Positions 8,306 to 17,474 of a stretch of 64,000 nt of DNA are shown here, one piece after another; position 1 is the first letter of the stretch; each line of letters opens with the position of its first letter. The stretch spans positions 8,751-72,750 of the forward strand of contig QHUB01000020.1 of assembly GCA_003221035.1 (NCBI GenBank). The letters run 5' to 3'. Both the position numbers and the translations under genes were made by a program. The notes beneath the pieces are model-generated. The model was not told the DNA's origin and did not search any database. It saw only the letters and a program-made list of their open reading frames with translations. The DNA is from Gemmatimonadota bacterium (GTDB lineage Bacteria > Gemmatimonadota > Gemmatimonadetes > Gemmatimonadales > GWC2-71-9).

Positions 8306-10956
8306 TGGATCGCCGGTGTGTGATCGGCGTCGCGTTGTTGGTAGGGGCGCAGCATGCTGCGCCCCTACCGGTTTTTCCTCTGCGCCTCGTCATCATGCCG
8401 CAGTTGGCCGCACAACGCGCAGCCGTCCTGCAGCAGGTCGATCTGCCGCACGCCTACTACTGGCGGGAGATGTACGTCCCGCAGGTCACGAGCGGCCCCA
8501 GCTCGGCCACGTGGTCGCCCGATGGCACTGAGCTGATCTACTCGATGCAAGGCACGCTGTGGCGCCAGCGCATCGACTCGGGCGGAGGGCGGGGAGCCGC
8601 CACACAGCTCACGGCCGGCCCGTTCTACGACTATCAGCCCGACTGGTCGCCCGATGGGAAGACCGTCGTGTTCGCGCGCTATGCGCACGATGCGATCGAG
8701 CTCGAGGCGCTCGATCTCGCATCAGGGAATGTCACACCGCTCACGAACAACCACGCCGTCAATGTGGAGCCGCGCTGGTCGCCGGATGGCACGCGCATCG
8801 CGTTCGTCTCGTCGGTCTACAACGGACGCTGGCACATTTTCGTCATCGCGCCGGACGGTGGTGGGGTAGGGGCGGGCGGTGGAGGGGTAGGGGCGCAGCA
8901 TGCTGCGCCTCTACGGCTGACAGAGGACAACGACAGCCACCTGCCGCGCTACTACTACAGCACGTGGGATCACTACATCTCGCCGACGTGGTCGCCCGAT
9001 GGGAAAGAAATCATTCTCGTGTCCAACCGCGGCCACATCCATGGCACGGGCGGCTTCTGGCGCATGGAAGCGCGTCCCGGAGCGCCGCTGCGCGAGCTGC
9101 GCTACGAGGAGACGACCTGGAAAGCCCGGCCCGATTGGTCGCCTGACGGGACGCGAGTCATCTACAGCTCGTACCTGGGCCGGCAGTGGAACCAGCTCTG
9201 GATCATGACGAGCGACGGCGGCGACCCCTTTCCCCTGAGTTACGGCGAGTTCGATGCGACGGCGCCGCGCTGGTCGCACGACGGCAAACGGATCGCGTAC
9301 ATCTCGAACGAAAGCGGGAATACGACGCTATGGGTGATGGACATCCCAGGGGCGAAGAAGCTGCGCGTAGAGGCGCGGGAAAGGCGCTATAAAGGCGCGA
9401 CAGGGTCGCTGCACCTCAACATCGTGGATGAGAACGGCCGGCAAGTGTCGGCCCGGGTATCGGTGACGACGTCCGAAGGTCGCGGGTACGCGCCGGACGA
9501 CGCGTGGCGTCACGCAGATGAGGCCTTCGACCGCTCCGAGCGCCAATTCGAGTACTCGTACTTCCATTCGGCGGGCTCTAGCATAGTGACCGTACCGGCG
9601 GGGCAAGTCCATATCGAAGTATGGCGCGGCCCGGAGTATGACGTACGACGTAGCGACGTGACGGTTACCGCCGGGGAGCACATCGTCCGCCGCATCGTCC
9701 TCAGTCGCCTCGTCAATCTCCCCGCGCAGGGGTGGTGGAGCGGCGACGTGCACGTCCACATGAACTACGGCGGCGCCTATCGCAACACACCCGCGCATCT
9801 CGCGTTTCAGGCGCGCGCCGAGGACCTGCACGTTGTCGAGAATTTGATCGTCAACAAGGAGCAGCGGATTCCGGACATCGCGTACTTCCGGACCGGCGCT
9901 GACCCGGTCTCGACGCCCAGGTTCTTGCTGATGCACGCTCAGGAATTCCACACGAGTGTGTGGGGCCACCTGGGGCTGCTCGGCCTGTCATCGCATTATC
10001 TGCTGCCCGAGTACGCCGGCTATCCCAACACCGCCGCGGCGAGTCTCGCGCTTACGAACGCGGTGGTGGCGGATCTGGCGCACGAACAGGGTGGGCTGGT
10101 CGGGTACGTCCATCCGTTCGACGCGAAGCCGGAGCCGGCAGACACGACGGCGCCGCTGTGGTACGAGCTGCCGGTCGACGTCGCGCTCGGCAAAGTCGAC
10201 TATCTCGAGGTCATGGGATACTCGGATCATCTCATCACCTCGGAGATCTGGTATCGCCTGCTCAACTGCGGCTTCCGAATCCCCGCGGCTGCGGGGACGG
10301 ATGCGTTTCCCAATTTTGCGAGCTTGCGCGGCCCGCCGGGTCTCGTGCGTGTGTTCGTGCACTCGGGCGCGAAGCTGGATCACTCAAGCTGGCTCGCGGG
10401 AATAAAGACGGGCCGGACGTTTGTCACGAACGGGCCGCTGCTCGAATTCTCGATCGCGGGTCGGGGAATTGGTGACGAGATTCGCTTGCCGTCCGCGCGG
10501 CGGCTTTCGGCACGGATTCGCCTGCGCTCCAACGTTCCCGTCGATCACCTCGAAGTGATTGGGAATGGGCGGGTGGTTGCAACGATCCCGCTGCATGGCG
10601 ATCGCACCACAGCCATCGACTCGATCACGATTCCGGTAGATCGCAGCGGATGGTACGTTCTGCGTGCCTATAGCGATAAATCGGAGATGCCGGTTCTCGA
10701 TCTCTATCCGTTCGCGTCGACGAGCCCCGTTTACGTCACGGTCGGGGAGCAGCAGGTGCGATCGGCCGGTGATGCGGCGTTCTTTGTGCGCTGGATCGAT
10801 CGCATGATCGCGGCAACGCGCGCGAGCACAGCCTGGAATACGCCGGCCGAGCAGGCCGGCGTGTTACGCACGTTGGCGGAAGCCCAGGCCGTGTTTACGG
10901 CGCGAGCTGCTCGAGCTGCCCCGCCGCCCGATTCAGCACCTCCGCCTCGGCACTGA
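8305..10956 (+). CDS. TolB-like (PD40) beta-propeller fused to a CehA/McbA-type PHP-like metallohydrolase domain
   Basis: Repeated P-x-WSPDG blades; C-terminal GDVHVH, QEFH, GH, YVHP and AGTD motifs. Start is the TGATG overlap at 8305, within ORF 7603..10956. Confidence 0.8.
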   Translation: MDRRCVIGVALLVGAQHAAPLPVFPLRLVIMPQLAAQRAAVLQQVDLPHAYYWREMYVPQVTSGPSSATWSPDGTELIYSMQGTLWRQRIDSGGGRGAATQLTAGPFYDYQPDWSPDGKTVVFARYAHDAIELEALDLASGNVTPLTNNHAVNVEPRWSPDGTRIAFVSSVYNGRWHIFVIAPDGGGVGAGGGGVGAQHAAPLRLTEDNDSHLPRYYYSTWDHYISPTWSPDGKEIILVSNRGHIHGTGGFWRMEARPGAPLRELRYEETTWKARPDWSPDGTRVIYSSYLGRQWNQLWIMTSDGGDPFPLSYGEFDATAPRWSHDGKRIAYISNESGNTTLWVMDIPGAKKLRVEARERRYKGATGSLHLNIVDENGRQVSARVSVTTSEGRGYAPDDAWRHADEAFDRSERQFEYSYFHSAGSSIVTVPAGQVHIEVWRGPEYDVRRSDVTVTAGEHIVRRIVLSRLVNLPAQGWWSGDVHVHMNYGGAYRNTPAHLAFQARAEDLHVVENLIVNKEQRIPDIAYFRTGADPVSTPRFLLMHAQEFHTSVWGHLGLLGLSSHYLLPEYAGYPNTAAASLALTNAVVADLAHEQGGLVGYVHPFDAKPEPADTTAPLWYELPVDVALGKVDYLEVMGYSDHLITSEIWYRLLNCGFRIPAAAGTDAFPNFASLRGPPGLVRVFVHSGAKLDHSSWLAGIKTGRTFVTNGPLLEFSIAGRGIGDEIRLPSARRLSARIRLRSNVPVDHLEVIGNGRVVATIPLHGDRTTAIDSITIPVDRSGWYVLRAYSDKSEMPVLDLYPFASTSPVYVTVGEQQVRSAGDAAFFVRWIDRMIAATRASTAWNTPAEQAGVLRTLAEAQAVFTARAARAAPPPDSAPPPRH
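8341..8368. repeat. GTAG-family REP-like perfect palindrome, in-frame in the CDS
   Basis: GTAGGGGCGCAGCATGCTGCGCCCCTAC is its own reverse complement; it encodes VGAQHAAPL. Confidence 0.85.
8887..8914. repeat. Second copy of the REP-like palindrome, in-frame in the CDS
   Basis: GTAGGGGCGCAGCATGCTGCGCCTCTAC (27/28 identical to the first copy), preceded by a 21-nt-period duplication at 8857-8895. Confidence 0.85.
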
Positions 10957-13156
10957 CGGCAGTCGCGGCGAGCGCGATCTGCGCTTCGGCTTCCTTCCAA
11001 TTGCGCTGTTCGATGGCTTCCCGCACGCCCGGCAAGGTCTTCACCCCATATCCCGTGTAGAAACCCGGCGCGTAGATCGCGTGATGGAACCACGGCCGCC
11101 GGGGTAATCCCTCGCCCAGCAGCAACGCGCGCTCGGTCCGAATTAGTGTCGCGTTCAGCGCAGCCGCCGACGGTTGTGCGAAGGCCGTGCCGGTCGCCTG
11201 CGCGCGGGTGAAGGCGGTCTCGTAACGGTCGGCGGCGCGCGTAACGGCATCGATCGCATTCTGGAGTGGCGCGAAATCGAGGTGCGGCGGCGGATCGCGC
11301 CGCGTTGGCGCGACCGAACGCTCTCGTGGATCGGCGGTCGCCGCAAAGACCCCGTCATCGATCTGTCGGTTGCGCTCCGCCGTTTCCGCTTGAGCGTCCT
11401 GCAGCAGCTTTTCCACTTCTTTGCCGTACCGTCCCACCGTCGCCCCGAAGCTCGTGAATTCGTAGGGCACCACCTCGGCGTCCGCGAGCCGCATAACCGC
11501 GGTCCCGACCGTCTGGGCGAGGGCGCGACCGTATACGAACGACGTATCGCTGAATCGCGTGTACCAGGCGAAATCGTCGTAGATCGAGTGATAGATGCCG
11601 CCGCCGTCTTCACCACCGTATTCGAGATTGAGCGACGCGATGCCCAGGTGCTGCAGGAACGGTGAATAGTCCGATCCCGAGCCGAGTGCGCCGATCCGAA
11701 GGTCGTGCTCACCGCGAATCTCGTTGCGGCGGTCCGCAGTCGCCGCGTCCGCCACGGCGCGCAACTGCGCACGCTTCCACACAGTCAGTCGCGTCTCGGG
11801 ATCGTCGATATCTCGCGCGACGTCGTTGATGAAGCGCTGCAGCGAGTGTGAGCCCGCCATCCCGAGATAGCCACGCCCGTTCGAGTCGGTGTTCAAGTAC
11901 GCCACCGCCTTGTGCGACAGCTCGTCGGCGTGGGCTTCGACCCATTCGGTCGAGCCGAGCAGCGCCGGCTCCTCACCGTCCCAGGCCGCATAGATGATCG
12001 TGCGGCGTGGCTTCCAGCCCTGCTTGAGCAGCTCGCCGTACGCGCGCGCCTCCTCGAGCAGCGGCACTTGCCCCGAAATGGGATCCTCGGCGCCGTTTAC
12101 CCACGCATCGTGGTGGTTGCCGCGAATCACCCATTCATCGGGCGCCGCGCTGCCCGGAATCCGCGCGATCACATCGCGCAGCGTCTTCAGGCTCCAATCG
12201 AACTTGACGCGCAGGTGTACGCGCGCGGGACCGGGCCCCACGTGATACGTGATGCCCAGGCCGCCGCGCCACTCCTCCGGCGCGACCGGCCCGCCGATCG
12301 CGGCGAGCAGCGGCTGCGCGTCGCTGTAGGAGATCGGCAAAACCGGAATCTTGGTGAGCGTGGGCGCCTGCGCGATGGGGAGACGTTTGGCATCCTTCGT
12401 TGCGCCGACTCCCGGCGTCAGCGGGTCGCCTGGATAGACTTCCATTTCCATCACGCTGCCGCGCTGCGCGCCCTCGCGTGGGCGCCAGGGACCTTGCGGA
12501 TAGACGTCGCCCTGCGTGTAGCCGTCATCCCTGGGATCCGAATAAATGAGGCAGCCAATCGCGCCGTGCTCTGCCGCGACTTTCGGCTTGATGCCGCGCC
12601 ACGAGCCGAAGTAGCGCGCGATCACGATCGCGCCCTTCACGGAGATCCCCATGCGCTCGAGTCGCTCGTAATCGGCGGGCACGCCGTAATTCACGTAGAC
12701 GAGCGGCGCCGTCACGTCGCCGTCGATCGAATACGCGTTGTAGGTGGGCAACTGTTCGGATTTTTGTCCCGAGGTCGGATCGCCGGGCACCGCAGGCTCC
12801 TGCAGCGTCGCCACGAATTTCGTGGGCGCGACCAGCTCGACCACGCGCTCGAGCGGCGTCGGGAACAGCACGTCGAACGTCTCGATGTGCGCGTCGAGAC
12901 CGAAGCTCTTGAACTTGGCGAGAATCCACTCGGCGTTGTCGCGGTCGTACGGCGAGCCGACGTGGTGGGGACGCGCGGACAGCCGGCGCATGTAGGACCG
13001 CAGCGAGTCGGGCGACGGCATGGCGCGGAACTTGGTCTCCCAGTCGCGTTCGGCCTTGGCCGACTCCGTCGTGAAGCCGCGCAATTCATCGACCGGCGTG
13101 GACGCCGGCGCGACCGCGATCAACAGACCCGCGGTGAGCAGAATGTTCTTTACCAT
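10895..13156 (-). CDS. M28 peptidase, glutamate carboxypeptidase II-like (PA and transferrin-receptor dimerisation domains)
   Basis: Signal peptide MVKNILLTAGLL; YVNYG, GNHHDAW, AEDP, WDGEE, GSGSD and YHSIYD motifs. Confidence 0.92.
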   Translation of the reverse strand: MVKNILLTAGLLIAVAPASTPVDELRGFTTESAKAERDWETKFRAMPSPDSLRSYMRRLSARPHHVGSPYDRDNAEWILAKFKSFGLDAHIETFDVLFPTPLERVVELVAPTKFVATLQEPAVPGDPTSGQKSEQLPTYNAYSIDGDVTAPLVYVNYGVPADYERLERMGISVKGAIVIARYFGSWRGIKPKVAAEHGAIGCLIYSDPRDDGYTQGDVYPQGPWRPREGAQRGSVMEMEVYPGDPLTPGVGATKDAKRLPIAQAPTLTKIPVLPISYSDAQPLLAAIGGPVAPEEWRGGLGITYHVGPGPARVHLRVKFDWSLKTLRDVIARIPGSAAPDEWVIRGNHHDAWVNGAEDPISGQVPLLEEARAYGELLKQGWKPRRTIIYAAWDGEEPALLGSTEWVEAHADELSHKAVAYLNTDSNGRGYLGMAGSHSLQRFINDVARDIDDPETRLTVWKRAQLRAVADAATADRRNEIRGEHDLRIGALGSGSDYSPFLQHLGIASLNLEYGGEDGGGIYHSIYDDFAWYTRFSDTSFVYGRALAQTVGTAVMRLADAEVVPYEFTSFGATVGRYGKEVEKLLQDAQAETAERNRQIDDGVFAATADPRERSVAPTRRDPPPHLDFAPLQNAIDAVTRAADRYETAFTRAQATGTAFAQPSAAALNATLIRTERALLLGEGLPRRPWFHHAIYAPGFYTGYGVKTLPGVREAIEQRNWKEAEAQIALAATAVSAEAEVLNRAAGQLEQLAP

Positions 13157-15210
13157 ATGCTTGGCACCTTGGCCGTTGGCCGCACCATCGGATCGCCGGG
13201 CTTGCACCCGAAGGCCTGCGCGAAAGCGGGAATGTTCGAGAGCGGGCCGTTCACCCGCCACTGTTCCGGTGCGTGCGGATCAACCGTGACGCGGGTCCGC
13301 AGCCGCTCCGCTCGGTCGTGCGAGCGCCAACTCTGTGCGTAACCGAGGAAATAGCGCTGCTCCGGCGTGTAGCCCTCGATGAGGCCGGGACGTCCATCGC
13401 GGGCGAGCGCCCGTTGCAGCGCGTCGTAGGCGGTCAGCAAGCCACCCCAGTCGGCGATGTTTTCGCCCTCGGTGAGCTTGCCGTTCACGTGGAACGTGTC
13501 GACCTGGATGTACTCGTTGAACTGCTGCTCCACCAGCGCGGCCTGCTGGACGAAGTGCACCGAGTCGGACGGCTGCCACCAGTCGCGCAGGTTGCCCTTC
13601 GCGTCGTAGTGCCGGCCTTCGTCATCGAAGCCGTGGGTGAGCTCGTGGCCCGCCCAGCTGCCGCCGAGTGAGCCGTAGTTCGCGGCGTCGTCCGCGCTCG
13701 CATCGAACGTCTGCGGCATCAGCGCCCCGGCGGGGAAGACCATTTCGTTTTTCGACGGATCGTAATAGGCGTTGACGGTCGGGACGGTGATGCCCCATTC
13801 CGTCGTGTCGACGGGGATGCCCGGACGGTTCACGGTCCGGCGCCACTCGAACGCAGCGGCCTCGGCCACGTTCAGTACGAACGGTCCCCCGGCAACGCGA
13901 AGCTTGGAGTAATCGCGCCAGCGGTCGGGGTAGCCGACCTTCTCACCCATGCGCGCGAGCTTGTCGAGCGCCTGCGCGCGCGTGGAATCGGACATCCAGG
14001 TGAGGTGCAGCAGCCGCTCGCGGAATGACGCGCGGATGTCATCGATCACGGCGCGGGCGCGCGCGCGCGCCTCGGGCGGGAATGTCCTGGCCACGTACGC
14101 CTGGCCGAGGGCCTCGCCGATGTCCCCGTCGGCTTCCCGCAGGCAGCGCTTCCAGCGCGGGAGGAGCGCCCGCGCGCCGCTGAAGCGCGCGCGGTACGTG
14201 AAATCTTCCTGCACGAACGGGGTCGAGAGCCACGGCGCGGCCTCGGAGATTGCGCGGTACTTGAGATAGGCGCGCCAGGTCGTGAGCGGCGCCGCCTGGA
14301 GCAGCGAATCGACGCGCTTCATGAAGGCCGGCTCCGCGACGTTCACCTTCCGCACAGCCGCGGTGAGACCGATGGAGTGGAAATACTGCGGCCATCCGAT
14401 GCGCGGCGTCAGCGCGGCCAGTTCGGCGGCGCTCATGGGGTGGTCCAGCTTGGCGGGATCGCGCCGTTCGACGCGCGTGAGCGCAGCCTGCGCCATCGCC
14501 GTTTCGAGCCCCATGATCTGTGTGGCCGCGCCGGCCGCCGCCGTCGAATCCTGACCCACGAGCTGGAAGAGCTTCGCGATGTGGCGAATAAAGGCCTGGC
14601 GCGTGGAATCCGCCGCGGCGCCGGTCGCGAAGTAGTAATCGCGATCGGGGAGTCCCAGGCCCCCCTGATAGAACCAGGTCAGGTAGCGCGTCGCGTCGTG
14701 TGGATCGACGTCAGGGGAGTAGCGGAACACGACGTTGATTCCCTGGACCTGCAGCTTCGCGATTTCCGGAAGCAGGCGGGCGCGTGTCGTGACCGAATCG
14801 ATGCCCGAGAGCCACGACGTGATTGGCGAGGCGCCCGCCGCTTCGATCGCCGTCGAATCCATGCACGTGGCGTAGAACGTGCCGAGTTTGCGCGGCGTGC
14901 TGTCGGGAGGGAAGCTGTTGCGTCTGGCGGCCGCATCTTCCAGAACGGAGCGCACCACCAGCTCGTTGCGATCGCTCATGTCGCGCGTCACCCCGGACGA
15001 AGAGTACGCCGCGGGAATCGTGTCGTGGGCGAGCCATGCGCCATTGGCGTACTGTGAGAAATCCACACAGGCTGAAGCCGTCGTGTCGATCCAGCGGACA
15101 TCGACAACCTTCAGCGGGGGAAACTCACTGTCTTTGGGAGCAGGCGCTTGGGAAGCGAGAGCCGACGGCACGAGGGCGCACAGCGCAAACACGAAGGACA
15201 CGCGCGACAT
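13150..15210 (-). CDS. M13 metallopeptidase (neprilysin/PepO-like), secreted
   Basis: ACVDFSQYANGAW, VNAYY, GHELTHGFD and GENIAD. Start assigned to ATG 15210 (MSRVSFVFALC signal peptide). Confidence 0.93.
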   Translation of the reverse strand: MSRVSFVFALCALVPSALASQAPAPKDSEFPPLKVVDVRWIDTTASACVDFSQYANGAWLAHDTIPAAYSSSGVTRDMSDRNELVVRSVLEDAAARRNSFPPDSTPRKLGTFYATCMDSTAIEAAGASPITSWLSGIDSVTTRARLLPEIAKLQVQGINVVFRYSPDVDPHDATRYLTWFYQGGLGLPDRDYYFATGAAADSTRQAFIRHIAKLFQLVGQDSTAAAGAATQIMGLETAMAQAALTRVERRDPAKLDHPMSAAELAALTPRIGWPQYFHSIGLTAAVRKVNVAEPAFMKRVDSLLQAAPLTTWRAYLKYRAISEAAPWLSTPFVQEDFTYRARFSGARALLPRWKRCLREADGDIGEALGQAYVARTFPPEARARARAVIDDIRASFRERLLHLTWMSDSTRAQALDKLARMGEKVGYPDRWRDYSKLRVAGGPFVLNVAEAAAFEWRRTVNRPGIPVDTTEWGITVPTVNAYYDPSKNEMVFPAGALMPQTFDASADDAANYGSLGGSWAGHELTHGFDDEGRHYDAKGNLRDWWQPSDSVHFVQQAALVEQQFNEYIQVDTFHVNGKLTEGENIADWGGLLTAYDALQRALARDGRPGLIEGYTPEQRYFLGYAQSWRSHDRAERLRTRVTVDPHAPEQWRVNGPLSNIPAFAQAFGCKPGDPMVRPTAKVPSIW

Positions 15211-15341
15211 CCGGGCTGACTCCGACGTGAAAGGAAAGGCCAACCTACCCGTGGTGTCGCGGCGCGGCAACATCGTCCGACGTACACCATTGGAACTAAT
15301 TCTTTGGAGGTCGGGACGGATTTGTGTTCCGCCTTCATCTC

Positions 15342-15372
15342 TTGACTCGGACAATCGACGAGAGTGTAGGAT
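15342..15372 (+). promoter_or_regulatory. MerR-type sigma70 promoter with 19-bp spacer
   Basis: TTGACT-N19-TAGGAT with a partial ACTC...GAGT dyad, directly upstream of a MerR-family gene. Confidence 0.65.
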
Positions 15373-15379
15373 TGTGACT

Positions 15380-15829
15380 GTGTCAGAACGTTTTCGAATT
15401 GGGGATATCGCGACGCGTAGCGGCGTCACACGAGACGCCATTCGGTTTTACGAACGCGCCGGACTCCTCGAGCAGCCGGGGCGCACCAAGAGCCGTCATC
15501 GCGTCTACGACATTACTATCCTCGAGCGCATTCGTCTCGTCCGGCAGTTGCAGAATTGTGGTCTCACCATCGGCGACATCAAAGAAGTGCTCTTCCTGCG
15601 TGATGCCGACCGGCCCGTCGCATCCAAACGTCTGATGGAGATCCTGCGGAGCCGGCTGCATTTTCTGGAAGAGCGGATCGCGAGCCTCGAGGGCTGCCGG
15701 GCAAAACTGACCGAGGTGATGCGCGATGCCGCCGCCGCCCGCTCGGCCGGCTATGACGTGTTAAGCGATCTGGGCGATGCTCCATACGCGCCACCGTTTC
15801 GCTTTGGGCGGCGGAGCAAGGAGCACTAG
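15380..15829 (+). CDS. MerR-family transcriptional regulator
   Basis: FRIGDIATRSGVTRDAIRFYERAGLL...R.Y HTH, GLTIGDIKEVL and a coiled coil; C-terminal part of ORF 14879..15829. Confidence 0.9.
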   Translation: MSERFRIGDIATRSGVTRDAIRFYERAGLLEQPGRTKSRHRVYDITILERIRLVRQLQNCGLTIGDIKEVLFLRDADRPVASKRLMEILRSRLHFLEERIASLEGCRAKLTEVMRDAAAARSAGYDVLSDLGDAPYAPPFRFGRRSKEH

Positions 15830-15990
15830 CCTCAAGTAGAGTTGCTAAACAATACCCTCCATGGATTGCGGCACGTCACATGCCGTCGTGCCGTCGCGTC
15901 CTTGCAGTATGTGGGTCGGGGCGTAGCATTAGCGCCCTCAGGTTGATGCGCACGTCAGGGCATCAGCGTGAGCCGTCCGAGGAGGCGGCC

Positions 15991-17448
15991 ATGACCCACC
16001 GTAGGATGCTTCTAATCGCATTGATCGGTCTCGGAGCCGCACCTCTCGGCTGCACTGGATCTTCGCCGACATCACCGCCGTCCGCGCCACCACCTCCGCC
16101 CCCGGCGGCAGTCAAACTTGTATTTACGGTGCAGCCCAGTAACGCCGAGGGGATGCAGGCGATCGCGCCGGCGATGCAAGTGACGATCGAGAATGCGGCG
16201 GGGGCGCGCGTGAGTGGCGCGACGAATGCGGTCACTCTCGCGATCGGTACCAATCCGGTAGGCGGCGTCCTCTCCGGAGTGGTGACGCAGAACGCCGTGG
16301 ATGGAGTCGCGACTTTCGGCGGGGTCACGATCGATCGACCGGGAAGTGGATACACCCTGACGGCGACCGGCGAAAGCCTCAGCAGTGCCACGAGCGCCGC
16401 ATTCGCTATTCATGTCACGTTCGTAGCACTGGCCCCAGGATACTTTCACACCTGCGGCGTCACGACCGTGGGGGCGGCCTACTGCTGGGGCTCTAACGGC
16501 TACAAACAACTCGGCACCGGCGCGACAGCCAACACCACCACCCCCGCGGTGGTCTCCGGCGGGCTCATGTTGTCCGGTGTGAGTGCCGGGCCCTTCCATA
16601 CTTGCGGGGTCACGGTCGCAGGCTCCGCGTATTGCTGGGGCAACAACCTCTACCTCTACCTGAGTAGCACCACGCCTGTGGCGGAACCCGGCGGACTCAC
16701 CTTCGTCAACGTGAGCAACGGGTACTTTGACACCTGCGGACTGACGACCGCAGGCGCGGCCTACTGCTGGGGCGGCAACCCCAGTGGCGAGCTCGGCACG
16801 GGTGATAGCACCAGTCGTACGACTCCCGCGGCTGTGTCCGGCGGGCTCACGTTCGTCGCGGTAGACGCCGGCACCTTGCACACCTGCGGTCTCACGACCG
16901 CGGGGATGGCATACTGCTGGGGCGACAACACGTATGGCCAGTTCGGCACCGGAGATACGACCAGCAGCGCGACGCCCGTGGCGCTGTCCGGCGGGGTCAC
17001 ATTCGCCTCGGTGAGCGCCGGGTGGCATCACACCTGTGGTGTCACGGCGGCAGGGGCGGCGTACTGCTGGGGTGCCAATACCTATGGCCAGCTCGGCACC
17101 GGCGATACGACGCGCAGTACGAGCCCCGTTGCAGTGACCGGTGGGCTCACGTTCGCCGCGGTGAGCGCCGGGGGCGGGCAGACCTGCGGGCTCACGACCG
17201 CGGGCGTTGCATACTGCTGGGGCTACAACCACGACGGCGAGCTCGGCACCGGCGATACGACGAGTAGTACGAGCCCTGTCGCGGTGACCGGCGGGCTCAC
17301 GTTCGCTGCGGTGAGCGCCGGCGGGACCGCTCATACTTGCGGGCTCACGACTGCGGGTGCGGCGTACTGCTGGGGTGCGAACTTTGACGGTCGACTCGGC
17401 AACGGGACCACAAGCGCGAGCCTGGTCCCCGTACACGTGGTTCAGTAG
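15991..17448 (+). CDS. RCC1/BLIP-II repeat lipoprotein with an N-terminal Ig-like domain
   Basis: GGAGG SD, lipobox-like LGC, Pro-rich linker, seven TCG..T..G.AYCWG.N blades. Confidence 0.88.
   Translation: MTHRRMLLIALIGLGAAPLGCTGSSPTSPPSAPPPPPPAAVKLVFTVQPSNAEGMQAIAPAMQVTIENAAGARVSGATNAVTLAIGTNPVGGVLSGVVTQNAVDGVATFGGVTIDRPGSGYTLTATGESLSSATSAAFAIHVTFVALAPGYFHTCGVTTVGAAYCWGSNGYKQLGTGATANTTTPAVVSGGLMLSGVSAGPFHTCGVTVAGSAYCWGNNLYLYLSSTTPVAEPGGLTFVNVSNGYFDTCGLTTAGAAYCWGGNPSGELGTGDSTSRTTPAAVSGGLTFVAVDAGTLHTCGLTTAGMAYCWGDNTYGQFGTGDTTSSATPVALSGGVTFASVSAGWHHTCGVTAAGAAYCWGANTYGQLGTGDTTRSTSPVAVTGGLTFAAVSAGGGQTCGLTTAGVAYCWGYNHDGELGTGDTTSSTSPVAVTGGLTFAAVSAGGTAHTCGLTTAGAAYCWGANFDGRLGNGTTSASLVPVHVVQ
16420..17445 (+). 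repeat. Seven ~150-bp intragenic tandem repeats (RCC1 blades)
   Basis: Recurring (t)actgctggggc ... ctcggcaccggcgatacgac ... gggctcacgttc units. Confidence 0.85.
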
Positions 17449-17474
17449 GGCAGCGCAGTAATCAGACGACGCAA

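Noticed and set aside
10895-10956. 62-bp convergent overlap as a regulatory feature
   Set aside because: The low-complexity tail is most simply explained by stop-codon drift, which is common in GC-rich genomes.
16420-17445. CRISPR array or DGR variable region
   Set aside because: The repeats are ~150-bp in-frame protein blades without spacers, and there is no cas gene, reverse transcriptase or template repeat in the window.
17445-17460. Possible fourth REP copy (GTAGGGCAGCGCAG)
   Set aside because: Only a degenerate half-site with no complementary arm.
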